The notes under the pieces: generated by a model
The model's input: only the letters and a program-made list of their open reading frames with translations
What the model was told of the DNA's origin: nothing
The model's database searches: none
Source of the DNA: Styela clava
Taxonomy: Eukaryota
Reading direction: 5' to 3'
DNA: 64,000 nt
NCBI RefSeq assembly: GCF_964204865.1
Contig: NC_135250.1
Coordinates: 10,912,001 to 10,976,000, forward strand
Program-made: the position numbers and the translations under genes
Shown: piece by piece, positions 38,850-51,000 of the stretch
Numbering within the stretch: the stretch's first letter is position 1
Layout of the letters: every line of letters begins with the position of its first letter

Positions 38850-39766
38850 ATTATACATTGCATATTTTGATGATTTTAAATAATATGTAACTCGTTAATT
38901 ACTTTTATACATTGTTTCTTCGAAAATTAACCACGAATGTTTAATATATATATATATTTGAAATCAAGAATTGACGCACATTTTTACATATTAATATTTG
39001 CATTTATCATAATATAACACTATAACACTTTGATTTAAATACGTCGAAAAGGCAATTTCATTTTTATCAACATCATCCAATTTTCATTTGGTAATCTGCA
39101 GTTTAGCTTTTCTATTTATATATTTCACTATCGTAGAATTGATATTTGATGCAAACTCATTGAAAAATTATTAAACTTGTTCGAATTCGTGTTAAGCCAT
39201 TTTAATTTACAAGTTGCCGATTAGAAACCATACGTTACGATTGATAGATTGGTCCGAAAGAAATGTTTTTTACCTCAATTTCAATTTCGATAGAACTTAT
39301 TGTTAGTATTTAATGATGATAATTTAAATATTAATAAAATAAATGGTTTAGATTTAGAATGCACCTGAGAGTCTAATTAAAATTTAGTTTACAAGTGAAA
39401 ATCGTTTTCTTACACACCTTCACACATTTTTTCCAGTTTGTCTCAGTGATATTCTAACTGGGAATTTGGTTTTATTAATTCTCTTGTGCCTATCATTTAT
39501 ATTAAAATATCATACGTTTCCAAACAATAATTTTGGATCACTAATGAAAGCTTCAATCGGTGATGTAATTTCCGTTAAACAGGCAGTCATTTGAGGCAAC
39601 TAGACAGAAGAAATTTCTACATGATAATAACCCAGGTCCTAAGATACATTTTATTAAACTATCGATCAAAGTTATCACCAAAAAATTGAAATATCTTATC
39701 GATATTTCACTTATATCCAGATCACAAAGTGTGATAATTTAGAGATAAGTAGAGTTCCTTTTCATA

Positions 39767-40130
39767 CAGTCCTCGGGTTACGACGGTCGCGACTTACGCT
39801 GTTCCGAGGTTACGAACGCGCACTCCATAACGCTGTTTCGAGGTTACGAACGCACTCCATAAAAAGATAATACTGTACTGTAATATCTAAGCCCTTGAAC
39901 TGGATTATTGCGATCAAGAAAATCAGTGCTTTGGGCTCATTGGTTTCCGTCATCCCTCATGTAACAATTGCGAACTATTACGATTATGAACGAATAATCA
40001 CTAAGCTTCAGTCACATAGTACACAGTTTCAGTGATACCGTACGCAAGTTTGATTGTTCCGACTTACACTGAAATTCGGGTTACACCGCGCCTCGAGAAC
40101 GGAACAACGGCGTAAGTCGAGGACTCCCTG
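39767..40130. mobile_element. Tc1/mariner (pogo/Tigger-like) MITE
   Basis: TA-flanked; CAGTCCTCGGGTTACG ... CGTAAGTCGAGGACTCCCTG; internal 34-bp tandem duplication CGCTGTT(C/T)CGAGGTTACGAACGC..ACTCCATAA. Confidence 0.75.
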
Positions 40131-40529
40131 TATTGTCATGTCGCTCTCTTGTTTTATTGCAGCCTTGAATTACAATGGAATGCTCAATGGTTTTTGCTTA
40201 ATGGCATCTTTTTATATCAAGTTTTGTTTTAAATGCATATTGCGTTAGAAAATTTGTAAAAATTTGCTAAAAATAGTTACCGGTATGACCGTGAACGCTT
40301 GACCCATCCCAATTTTTAATTGCCCTGGTGAAGTTTGGCAACATGTGCCTTAGTTCAGTGACAGTCTTAAATTATATTTGAATGCACAATCCCAGTCAAG
40401 GCATAACGGCTCGCATACTCACGTAAATTTGTGGTGTACAGACTTTTGGATTCTGATAAATATGAGGTGGATCAAATGATAAAAGAATGGTATGTAGTGT
40501 TATTATCTAAAAGTCGGCTGTGAAATAAG

Positions 40530-41450
40530 CGGCTTTTTTTTCAACAGCGTATCATTGACTGACTGATTATTAACAAAACTTCCATCACGAGCTGAAATCC
40601 AAAATCGCATAAACTATGTGAGGGATTACAATGATTATTTAGAATTTTTGAGCTACTTTCGAGCTGTATCAACATCCATAGATCCACACAAGGTTGCATG
40701 ATCTTAGTCGGACTATATATATGCGACAACAACTGCAGGTGCACGGTTGATGAAATACAAAGACATCAAAGTATGCAAGAAACGTCCCTTCCTTATCCAC
40801 ACTTTCAATGTCCGATCAGAGTTCACGATGAGTGACACAAGTGAATGTTTGTTTATGAGCATAGAAAAAATCTTCTACCTTTGTCCTGGGCACATACTGC
40901 TTACAGTGTTGAAAACTGTTGCATTCTATACATGTTACAGCAAAATTTGTTTAAAACTGCAAATAGTCTTGTGACTTTGTTTCTCATTTTATTAACATTG
41001 TGACTGTGAGTATAATGTTCTATAATCTTCTACATCAGATTCCTGGTATTAACATTTCTGTGATTTGGATGTTCTCAGATTTAATCATTTTTATAGTGAT
41101 GATAAAAATAATTCTTTTAAACAATATTCAAAGGTCGATAGTTTAAGTGTGACTGGTAGGTAGCATTTAAGATTAGTGAACAAAGTAATTCGCCCTCATA
41201 CTTCCTGTCTATAGTTAGAATGAAAAAGCTTGAGATCAACAGTTAGATCAGCATTCCTGCACTTTGTTGCGTAGTAGTTAGGATTGACAAACACAGTAAT
41301 TCAACCGAAAAATCTTGGAACCTGCAGGTAGATCAGCATTGTTGAACGCATATGATGAAGGGGGAGTAAAAGACCATAAGCATTCGAATATTGTTAACTG
41401 TTCAAGATGAATTAAGTTGTTGGAATTCATTTGAAGTCATAATCAACGTT
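40530..41450 (-). mobile_element. Possible highly decayed LINE 3' remnant
   Basis: Minus-strand fragments SSKILNNHCNPSHSL and SMIR.. resemble the C-terminal region of non-LTR ORF2; many stops, no intact RT motif. Confidence 0.25.
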
Positions 41451-42106
41451 AAAGAAGTAAATGAAACAACGTTTAAATTGCCTGTTTTTATTGGATACGA
41501 AGTGGACTTCTGGAGCGTTTTGTCATTTCTGTTACTTCTTGTTGTGAAAAAACGCTCCTCTCATTAACTACTGGACCAATTGCTCAAAAATCAAAATTGG
41601 TTTTGTCGCTAGAGGGCTATGACTTTTATTTATTTCAAAATTTTCTGTGGGCCCTGTGAGATTCGTTTTCTACTTGACGTTTTGTGTGGTGGCCTCAACA
41701 AAATTAAAAATTAATTGTAGCGTTTCTGCGACCGCCTGTTAGCAGATCTTGCGCTGAGTGGAAAGTAGTTCTCGGATCATTTGGTATTCCAATTCACGTT
41801 GAGACTGGAAGCATGATTCATAATCGACACATGACATGGAAAAGCTAGAAAGGTCCGAGCACCCCAATACGGGCATTTTTGATGAGTGATATTGGACTTA
41901 CATGCTTATATATGGCACTAATAATCCTCCAAAACGTCAGTTTGTTTTTTCCATAAACACTTTGAAAGTGTTTCAATTTTTTTCGCATTCTCAGCACCGG
42001 GAACAATTTTTTAAGCGTAAAACTGAGTTGACTCTGTCTCTGGGGTCCGACATTTTCAACATGGAAAAATTGTATGTTTATAACAAATCATAAATACTGC
42101 TGCCGA

Positions 42107-45100
42107 CTTGCTGTTTACCACTTGGCACTTTGATACGTCAGAACCGTACAATAGTTAGTTAAATTTGAATTGAAAGGCGCACTGCTTGATTAACGTATTT
42201 GGAAGAGTAGGGCGTCAAACCCTCTCAAGACGATTGTTCGATTCTTGAACATGCTTGTTCAGCAAGGATGAATATAGGATGAAAAATTATATGAGCAAGT
42301 AGGCAGGGTGGTTTATATATATATATATAATTTTGACAGCGGTAGATTTTCCAGTGGTATCGGTACATCTATTATCTCAAGTGGAATTTTGCAATTTGCG
42401 AATTTAATTAAGACTCTATATTTGTGTGTACTTGGCGCATTAACCACGTAGTATAAAATTATTGATCGACTTTTATGTGGAGCTCAATTAGGTATGTTTT
42501 TATATTGAGTTTTTATTGCAAGGAAACAAGTTGACCCTTTCACCTGTTCCCAAAAATAGATATTTGCCGCGTAGTATGTGACGGGGGCTTCAAAACAACT
42601 AAACAGGATTTATGTTAAGCCACCATCGCACAGAGACGAATCTACGAAAACCCTAGACTTAGAATTCTGATCCGCGTAACTTAAATGTATACTACTTTGA
42701 TCATACTTTGAAAAGCAGCAGCATAACTAGCCAGAAATCCGCAATATTATACTAGTGTTTTGACATTTAGATGTTTTGTTTATATTAATGGCACTCATAA
42801 ATGCTCCATTATACCAGCTCTTACAAAGAGGATTTGAATATCAAAAATTTACAATAAAAAATCATCAATTTGCTACAAACTCTATTAATTGAACCACCAA
42901 TTAGCGGCTTTTTAACCATTGTACAGATATTTTCAAGGTATTCTACATACGCTTTAAATAGTGTTTCAAAAACGGCTTTCAATACAAAGATGAGCTTCTG
43001 ACGGACAATGTTTTTTTTTGTCATGGGTTTCCTTTTATTGGGTAACCGATACTCAGTCAATAAAATCGAGCGAGAATGTTAATGTCCGATATACGTATAG
43101 ATTGAAAGAACTAAATCAAACATTATTCGGGAAGTTGGTATGTTTAGGCAAATCTGCTATTCATAATTTCTTCCGGTAGTTAAACTTAAAAATACGAAAC
43201 CTATAATCATAAATGTAAAATTCGTTACCGTTACAAAGATGAAATAAATTGCTGATAGCAGTTTCCATGGCTATTGAAAGATCCCCTTTATTTTGGCAGC
43301 TGAATAAATTATACCCAGTTATAAGAAACAATATTACGTGAAAAGTTTGACCTGAAACAGGCGACAGTTACTCTCAGTTATAGTATGAGATCGTGAGGAC
43401 AATGTGACGTCTGAATGAAGTTTTGCGTCTAACAAACATTACCTGAAATGAAGATAATTTTTGAAAAGTCAGTCTTTCACATTACAAAATGTCTGTTTGA
43501 CTTGTTTCTAAATTTGCCGGAACAAATTGTGCGATAACAACCCATTATTTTTTTCTGGCGCGTAGTTTTATGCGAGAAAAAATAATCCAGACCGTTGTGT
43601 TGCAATGCTTGGTGCCGGAGTAGTTCACTTTCTCTTTCTCTCATAGTCGATCTCAAGTAAGATTTGATCAACTTCAAAATTTTTGAAAAACTTCTTCCGC
43701 AAACTTAAATTAGTGTTAACTTAGATCGTTTAGGTCTGAGTCTCTCTGAGAATAAATTAAAGTGACTGTCATAGTTCGTTTAAAACGTTTTGCCGCCCTC
43801 CAGCAACTTGCCGTCCCTGGATTTATCCACAAGGTCCAATGGGTAGCTACGCCACTGCTTGCCGTTTACTACTTGGCACTTTGAGAAGTCAGAACCGGAC
43901 ATTAGTTAATCAGATTTGTATGGAAGCCAAACTGCTTGATTAACGTATTTGGAAGAGTAGGGCGTCAAACCCTCTCAAGTCGATTGTTCGATTCTTGAAC
44001 ATGCTTGTTCAGCAAGCTCTTCATTTTCACAAATGATAGGATGAAAGATTATATGATCAAGTAGGCAGGGTGGTTTATATATATATATATAATTTTGACA
44101 GCGATAGATTTTTCAGTGGTATCGGTACATCTATTATCTCAAGTCGAATTTTGTAATTTGCAAATTTAAATAAGACTCTATATTTGTGTGTACTTGGTGC
44201 ATTAACCACGTAGTAAAATTATAGAACGACTTTTATGTGAAGTTCAATTAGGTATGTTTATATATTGAGTTTTTAACGCAAGGGAACAAGTTGATCATTT
44301 TACCTGTTCCTTAAAACTATAGATTTGTCGCGTAGTATGTGATGGGGGCTTCAAAACAGCTAAACAGAAATTTTCAGGCTTGTCCATGGGAATGAGATTA
44401 CACATGACACACATTTGTGTTTCCCATGGGACACGAAAACTGTATGATTTTGGGGGAAATGATGGTAAAACATTTCATTGGGGATTTCGTGTCCAAATAT
44501 TTGAGCATAGCTCTCTTGTTAGTTATAAAGAGCAAAATATATTCAGCATTAACAATATACTTCGTGAAGGGGCTGATGGGCACATGTATAATAAGTATGA
44601 ATATAAAGTTAACAAAGTCCGTAAATTTTGTTGTTTTGCATGTCTATTCGTTCACATAGTCCTATTTAGTAGACGCTAAACCTAAATTTAACAATTTTTA
44701 TTGAATTTTATTCCAATGGAAATCCCATGGGATGGGACAGGCATGATTGTCATGGGATGGGATGGGAATGGGACAGAAAAATAATGTCCCATGGACAAGC
44801 TTGGGAATTATGTTAAGCCACCATCGCACAAAGACGAATCTACGAAAAGCCTTAGACTCAGAATTCTGATCCGCGCAACTTAGGTTTATACTACTTTAAT
44901 CATACTTGAAAAGCAGCAGCATAACTAGCCAGAAATCCCCAATATTATACTAATGTTTTGACATTTAGATGTTTTGTTAATATGTATAACACTGAAAATG
45001 CTCCATTATACCAGCTTTTACAGAGGGCATTTGGATATCAAAATTTTTTGATAAAAAATATCAATTTCCTACCAACTCTATGAATGGAACCATCAAGTAG

Positions 45101-45818
45101 CGGCCTTTTAGGCATTGTATATAAATTTTAAAGCTATGTTACATACGCTTTAAATAGTGTTTCACAAACGGCTTTCAATACAAAGATGAGCTACTGATGG
45201 ACAATGTATCTTTTGACATGGGTTTTCATTTATTGGGATATTCAGTCAATGAAATCGAGCGAGAATGTTATTGTCCGGCACGTAGATTGAAGGAAATCAA
45301 GCATTACTTGGCTAGTTGGTATGTTAGGGTCATCTAGTGGTCATCATTTCTTTCGGTAGTTAAATTTAAAAATATGAAACTTATAATCATAAATGTAAAA
45401 TTCGTTATCGTTACAAAGATGGAATAAATTGCGAATAGCAGTTGCCATGGGTATTGAAAGATTCATTCATTTTGGCAGCTGAATAAATTATACCCAGTTA
45501 TAAGAAACAATATTACGTGAAAAGTTTGACTTGAAACAGGTGACAGTTACTCTCAGTCATAGTATGAGATCGTGAGGACAATTGGACGTCTGATTAAAGT
45601 TTTGCGTCTAGCAAACATTACCTGAAATGAAGATAATTTTTGAAAAGTCATTCTTCCACATTACAAAATGTCTGTTTGACTTTTTTCTAAATTTGCCGGA
45701 ACAAATTGTGCAATAACAATTTATTATTTTTTTCTGCCGCGTAGTTTTATGCGAGAAAGAATAATCCAGACAGTTGTGTTGCAATGCTTGGTACTGGTTT
45801 AGATCATTTTCTCTTTCT
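42107..45818. repeat. ~1.5-kb direct tandem duplication (copy A 42107-43639, copy B 43858-45818)
   Basis: Colinear shared blocks, e.g. ACTGCTTGATTAACGTATTTGGAAGAGTAGGGCGTCAAACCCTCTCAAG and TTTTGGCAGCTGAATAAATTATACCCAGTTATAAGAAACAATATTACGTGAAAAGTTTGAC; copy B is longer because of a MITE insertion. Confidence 0.93.
44375..44803. mobile_element. hAT-like MITE present only in duplicate copy B
   Basis: TIR CAGGCTTGTCCATGGGA/TCCCATGGACAAGCTTG; ATGGG(A) subterminal repeats. The empty site in copy A reads AAACA-GGATTTAT-GTTAAGCC, while copy B has GAAATTTT / GGAATTAT either side. Confidence 0.88.
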
Positions 45819-46535
45819 ATTTGTATGTCGAAAACGTTCGTAGTCTTATACATTTTTTACTTTTATTTTAGATTAACCGGCTTTTTATTTCCTTCTGCAT
45901 TATTAAGAAGAATAAAAGAAATATTTTATGATTTAATGTTTTGTCTAAATTTGGATAGTCTGTTAAATTGATATTAAAGATATCCATAAGGTTTTGATAA
46001 AAATGTTCGCAGCCCTAAAATGATTATTATTCGAGTTTTACAGAAAAAAAAACTTTTTAATGATTGGTGACGAATGAGAATAGAAATTGCATAACTTTAA
46101 TCAAGAATATACTTTTTCGTGACGTGATTAGATTCTCCATTGACTGAAAGTAATTGAGGAAATTTAACTGACAACAAGATTAGATCTATCAACCAATCGC
46201 AGGTCTAGGTATTTCTAAAATGAGCAGGTGTACGTACCACACTGCATGTGTGGTAAAATTAGCGCAAAAAAACAAGCACGGTAAAATGCGTATGTTCAAT
46301 ATTTTGGACTCCAAATTACATCAACAATTTGCAATATTTGACAGTTTAGTAATAAGTTTTGCTTTGTAAACACTTTATTGTTTATGGTGCGATTTTTCTT
46401 TCAAATATTCCTATTGACTGGATAAAAACATCACAGTTTGAATCGCACATTGTATTTTGCCTCGTATGCTAATGGAATGTATTATTTATTATTCATTGTA
46501 TGTACTTGTTTGTTTTTCTCTAGTTATAGGTAATA

Positions 46536-49500
46536 ATGAATTATACGAAAGTAGGGCTCACTATAGTTGCTATTCTGGACGTAGTTGTTGTTTTAGTGTT
46601 GTATTATACTACGTTAACAACGGTCAGTGTGTATGATTATACAAAGGATACAAAAGTGGAATTCGATTCATTATATTTTTCAAATGTAACGGAGGAAAAT
46701 CATTCTATTGAACCTAATAATTTATTTAAGACCTCAAAGTTTCTGGGAGATATTAGCAGAAATGCTACAGTTTCAACGCATTCAACACTTCCAATTCCAA
46801 AACAAAAATATGTATTGGACCAATTTATTGGAAACACGAACTATTCTATCATTGGATATAACGGATCAAGAGTATACAATACAAGTAAACACAACAATAA
46901 TACAGGAAAATTTTGCATGGAAAAACCACCTCGTCTAGTTGGAAAAATGGCTATTCCAAATAACATTCTCCCTCCATCGTGGGAGGAAATTCGGAAGCAA
47001 AATTTGAATATACACGGCGGAAGTTATATGCCTGAAAACTGTAAAGCGAGATATAAAATCGCTATAATAATAGCCTTACGAGGCAGAGAGGACCAATTGA
47101 AAATTCTCCTCTATCATTTGCATCCGATTTTACAAAGACAGCAAGTCGATTATACTATATACACTATCACTATGGCCGGAAAAGGCGTTTTCAACAGAGC
47201 TAAACTTATGAATGTGGGATTCGCGGAGGCAAATAGAGGTAAACTATTTTCAGTTTTGCTCTGGGTGAAGATTTACTAAAAAGCATTTAACTTATGACAA
47301 AGTACATCATAATGGTAATGGTCATTTTGTTAATACGCTTTGCCTGTGGTTTTTGGGTACATGTGTTTTCAACGATAAGACCGAAACAACCACAACATTT
47401 GCTGGTAGATAATATATATATATGGTAGGCTGTTACAAATTAGCAATATATACCGGTAGATATCGGGTTTTCAAATTCCGTAACATCGCCAAGAGCATTT
47501 TGCGAATGTGTGGAAAGAACCAGAAAATGTTACATAAATTGACATGCTATGTTCTTTGCCAGTGTTCATTTGGTCAGTAATTCTCGTTTTTTATTAAGAC
47601 CGAAAATACGATTGCTATATATTCCATGACGTGGATTTACTATTGGAAGACGATAATTGTTTATATTGGTGTTCGAAAGAGCCAAGAGAACTCGCTCCCT
47701 ACATGGATAAATTTGGGTATAAACCCTTGTCTTACTCACTCGGTTGCCGTTCAAGTAATGGTGAGTAGCATAGCTTTTCAGCATAAACTTTAATTATAGG
47801 GATATTCTGCTTAAGAAGAGGTAATTACCAAAAATTACCAGTTCATATTATTGTTCTATTTTATTGTGTCTATACAATAATAATTTAGAGATTAATCTTA
47901 TTCACGGCATTGGTTGACCCGATACTGATTTTTGGAATTTTAATCGCGAGTTCCAGTTTAAATCAGTAGTTTGAAAATCTAGAAAATAAGTGGTAATATA
48001 TTTGTGGTTGTTTTTGGCACATTTTGAGCTTTTTTAAAGTACCGAATACCGAATTCTTTTTACCGAATTGTTTAATATTTCAAATTCAAGATATGGTAAA
48101 CGCGCATAGTCTGAAGTTACTAATCTAATAAATCCAGTCCATTTTTCGTTTTTTTTTAATCTTTCATATATAACATAAAACGAATCAAGCTTTTGTGAGA
48201 TAGCCATGGTCCTTCAGACGGTATTGTCATTTTAAAGTTAGCTCTGTCTATTCCGGGCAAATGCATGAATATTTCTTGTCTTTTTGGACAGGACCTATGT
48301 GTACCTATCGATCGTTTTATCATTAGTATCTTGTTGTTGGTATGTCGTGAAAAATCACTTTTCTCTTTACTAGACCAATTGCTTTAAAATTTTCAGTCGA
48401 TAAATTGTTTGCTGTATGATTCTGTTCATTATTTTTGTCGCTACAAGGCTATTACTTTTATCTATTTTAAAAAAATCTGTGGATTCTATGGGATTCGTTT
48501 TTCGTGTGTCATCATCAAAATCAAAAATTGCGCACCTTGTGGTAATTCTGCGTTCTCGTTCTTTGTGATTTGGTTGTCAGTCCAAGTCGGGAAGAATACG
48601 GTACCGTACGTGTCATGTCTATATATTTAAGCATTACTTCCGTGTTTCTTTTGTTTTGATTTTATCGTGCCTATTTCCCTGGCAAACAATTTAATTTGAT
48701 CTACCTATAGTATCGACAAAATTACCGTCACTTTCAGAAGAAAACGCACATGAGTTGTACTGTAGGATGTTGTGTAAAACCCTCCGGAGTTTATGGGGAT
48801 TAATTCCATTCATTGACGTCTAAAAATTACAATGATCCCTTTTTGCCCAATTATAGTTGTCATTCCGGGATAGGAGATACCTTCATAGGTGCCATTTCAA
48901 AATATTTACTCATTTAAAACAATATATTGCAATTTAGACTAACGATCATTTTAGAAAAATTGTCTCCATAAACTAATAGATTTCTAGAGCACTGATACAT
49001 ACAACTGTGAAAGCGATTGAATTTCTGTATTAGAGTAATTTTGAAGCCGTTTGTTTCATTCCAGCGCCACGGATAAACAAGTACTTTGGCGGAGTCGTTC
49101 AGGTTTCGCACGAACTTTTCCTTGAAGTGAATGGTTTTTCTAACATATTTTGGGGTTGGGGAGGTGAGGATGATGATATGTATTCAAGATTGTGGAGTAA
49201 AGGTAAGGACGTGGACTCAGTTTTATTTCATTTTAGTGTATTTTGAATGGATTTGCAAAACTTGAAAAATATTTGGATCTGAGAAAAATATCTGAAACTA
49301 TGAGAATAAGTCAAAAGTCGAAATGATCCCATACATACAAGATGCAATACAAGTAGGATACTGCAAAAAAATAACTTTTATATAGCTAACTCAATATACA
49401 TATACAGCCAATGTACTATGCATATATGTGGTAACTAATTATCTTATCCCAGGATGATTGGCAAGAGTTCGATAAACTCGTGAACCGACTGTGACTCGTA

Positions 49501-51000
49501 AGCGACATATCGCATTGGCTGTATAGGCAAATTTATTTGGCTCTATAAGTCTATACAGTGGTGGGATTCAATATTTTGTCAGCCGGTTCCATCGCGAAGG
49601 TCATATTTTTCAGCCGGTTCTGTTACAAAAAGTCCTATTTTTTTTAGCAAATAAACTGATTATTTTTAATTACGTCCTAATTGACATTTAAAATAATGGT
49701 TAAGTAAGCATCATCATAAGCATGTCAAAATTAGCATCGGGATTTTTAATGATGTTGAGGATTGTCTACATTTGCTGTATATATTATATACTCGTTGATA
49801 ATGAACCTAAAAACCTGGAGGTTTACCTACTTATTACGCAATAATTCAATTTTCAGTCACAAAGGGAAAATTACTACAATTATAAAAATGAACATAATGT
49901 ATAACTGTTACGCGCGAACTTGATCATTTCACATTTTGAAAAAAAAAAAACGTGAGCTACTTGATCTCACAAATCGGTGTGTCAGATAAGATGCGAAAAT
50001 CCATTGACCTTAACCAGTAATGTTAACCGATTTGCTGATCTTATAAAATTTCGTGAGACGGTTCTATAGAACCGGTGCGAACCGGCTGAATCCCATCACT
50101 GGCTCTATATGTATATGAGTTGGCGGTATATGTATATTTTGGCTGTATATGTTTATCACGGTCGAAACTCTACTCGAGTAATCCAAGAATTATTTTGTCG
50201 AGAGAGCTTACCGTATGTTTATATACAGTATTCACTTCTCTTTCTGTATTTTTTCCTGTTACAAAGAACCATGCTATCTTTACCTTTAGTACAGATTTTA
50301 TTAAATTATATTAGGAATTATAACGAAATTATTTTATTTGGAGACTATATGACAGCAACATGTACGCTGTTGCTGTTTTTAATAATAAAATTGATCAAAG
50401 TTTGAAAATTTCTTTCAGGTCATGACAGCGTTAATCCCTATGGAAGGCAATGTTCCTATAGTATGATAAAGCATGAGCACGAATCGACCAATAGTGTCAA
50501 CAAAGCTAGGTTCACTCTTTTATACCACACTATATCCCGAATGCAAAATGAAGGAATGAATACTTTAAGGTCAGATAATTATTTTTGGCATCAATTTAAA
50601 CATATAATATAATAGTGCCTATTCAATCAATAACCTGGGATATCCGAACCAACGCAATAAAAATTTCTTCTTTCCAATCTCTTCACAAAGCATAATATAA
50701 TACTTGTTATAATAAATGAAGAACTCATGAAATTCCGTACGTACTATTCTATACCCTATAATTTGAAGTAAGTAAAGTCACCCAAGCGAGTCTCCACACT
50801 CCAGTAAATTTAATCCCTAATAGTCACTCACAACCTATTACCTGCTCCTTTTCAGATACAAACGTATTTCAACTGAACGAAATCAACTTTACATGAACAT
50901 CACAGTTGACATAGGAATACCGTCACAAAAGATGAATCATTTTATGGAATCAAATTTTGATGGAATTCCTTGCAATAAAATAACAACACCATGGGACTGA
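46536..51000 (+). CDS. B4GALT: Beta-1,4-galactosyltransferase family (GT7) Golgi type II enzyme (5 exons, ~432 aa)
   Basis: Exons 46536-47238, 47599-47760, 49065-49202, 50419-50569, 50856-51000. N-terminal TM; LHPILQRQQ, FNRAKLMNVGF, FHDVDL (DxD), YFGGV, NGFSN.FWGWGGEDDD, MIKH, NITVDIG. Confidence 0.93.
49556..50101. mobile_element. hAT MITE in B4GALT intron 3
   Basis: TIR CAGTGGTGGGATTCA/TGAATCCCATCACTG; CCGGTTC subterminal repeats; TSD AGTCTATA/GCTCTATA (6/8). Confidence 0.82.

Noticed and set aside
43477-45853. Similar ORF pair 43477-43677 and 45608-45853 (QALQHN..)
   Set aside because: Similarity comes from the non-coding tandem duplication; no splice or codon evidence.
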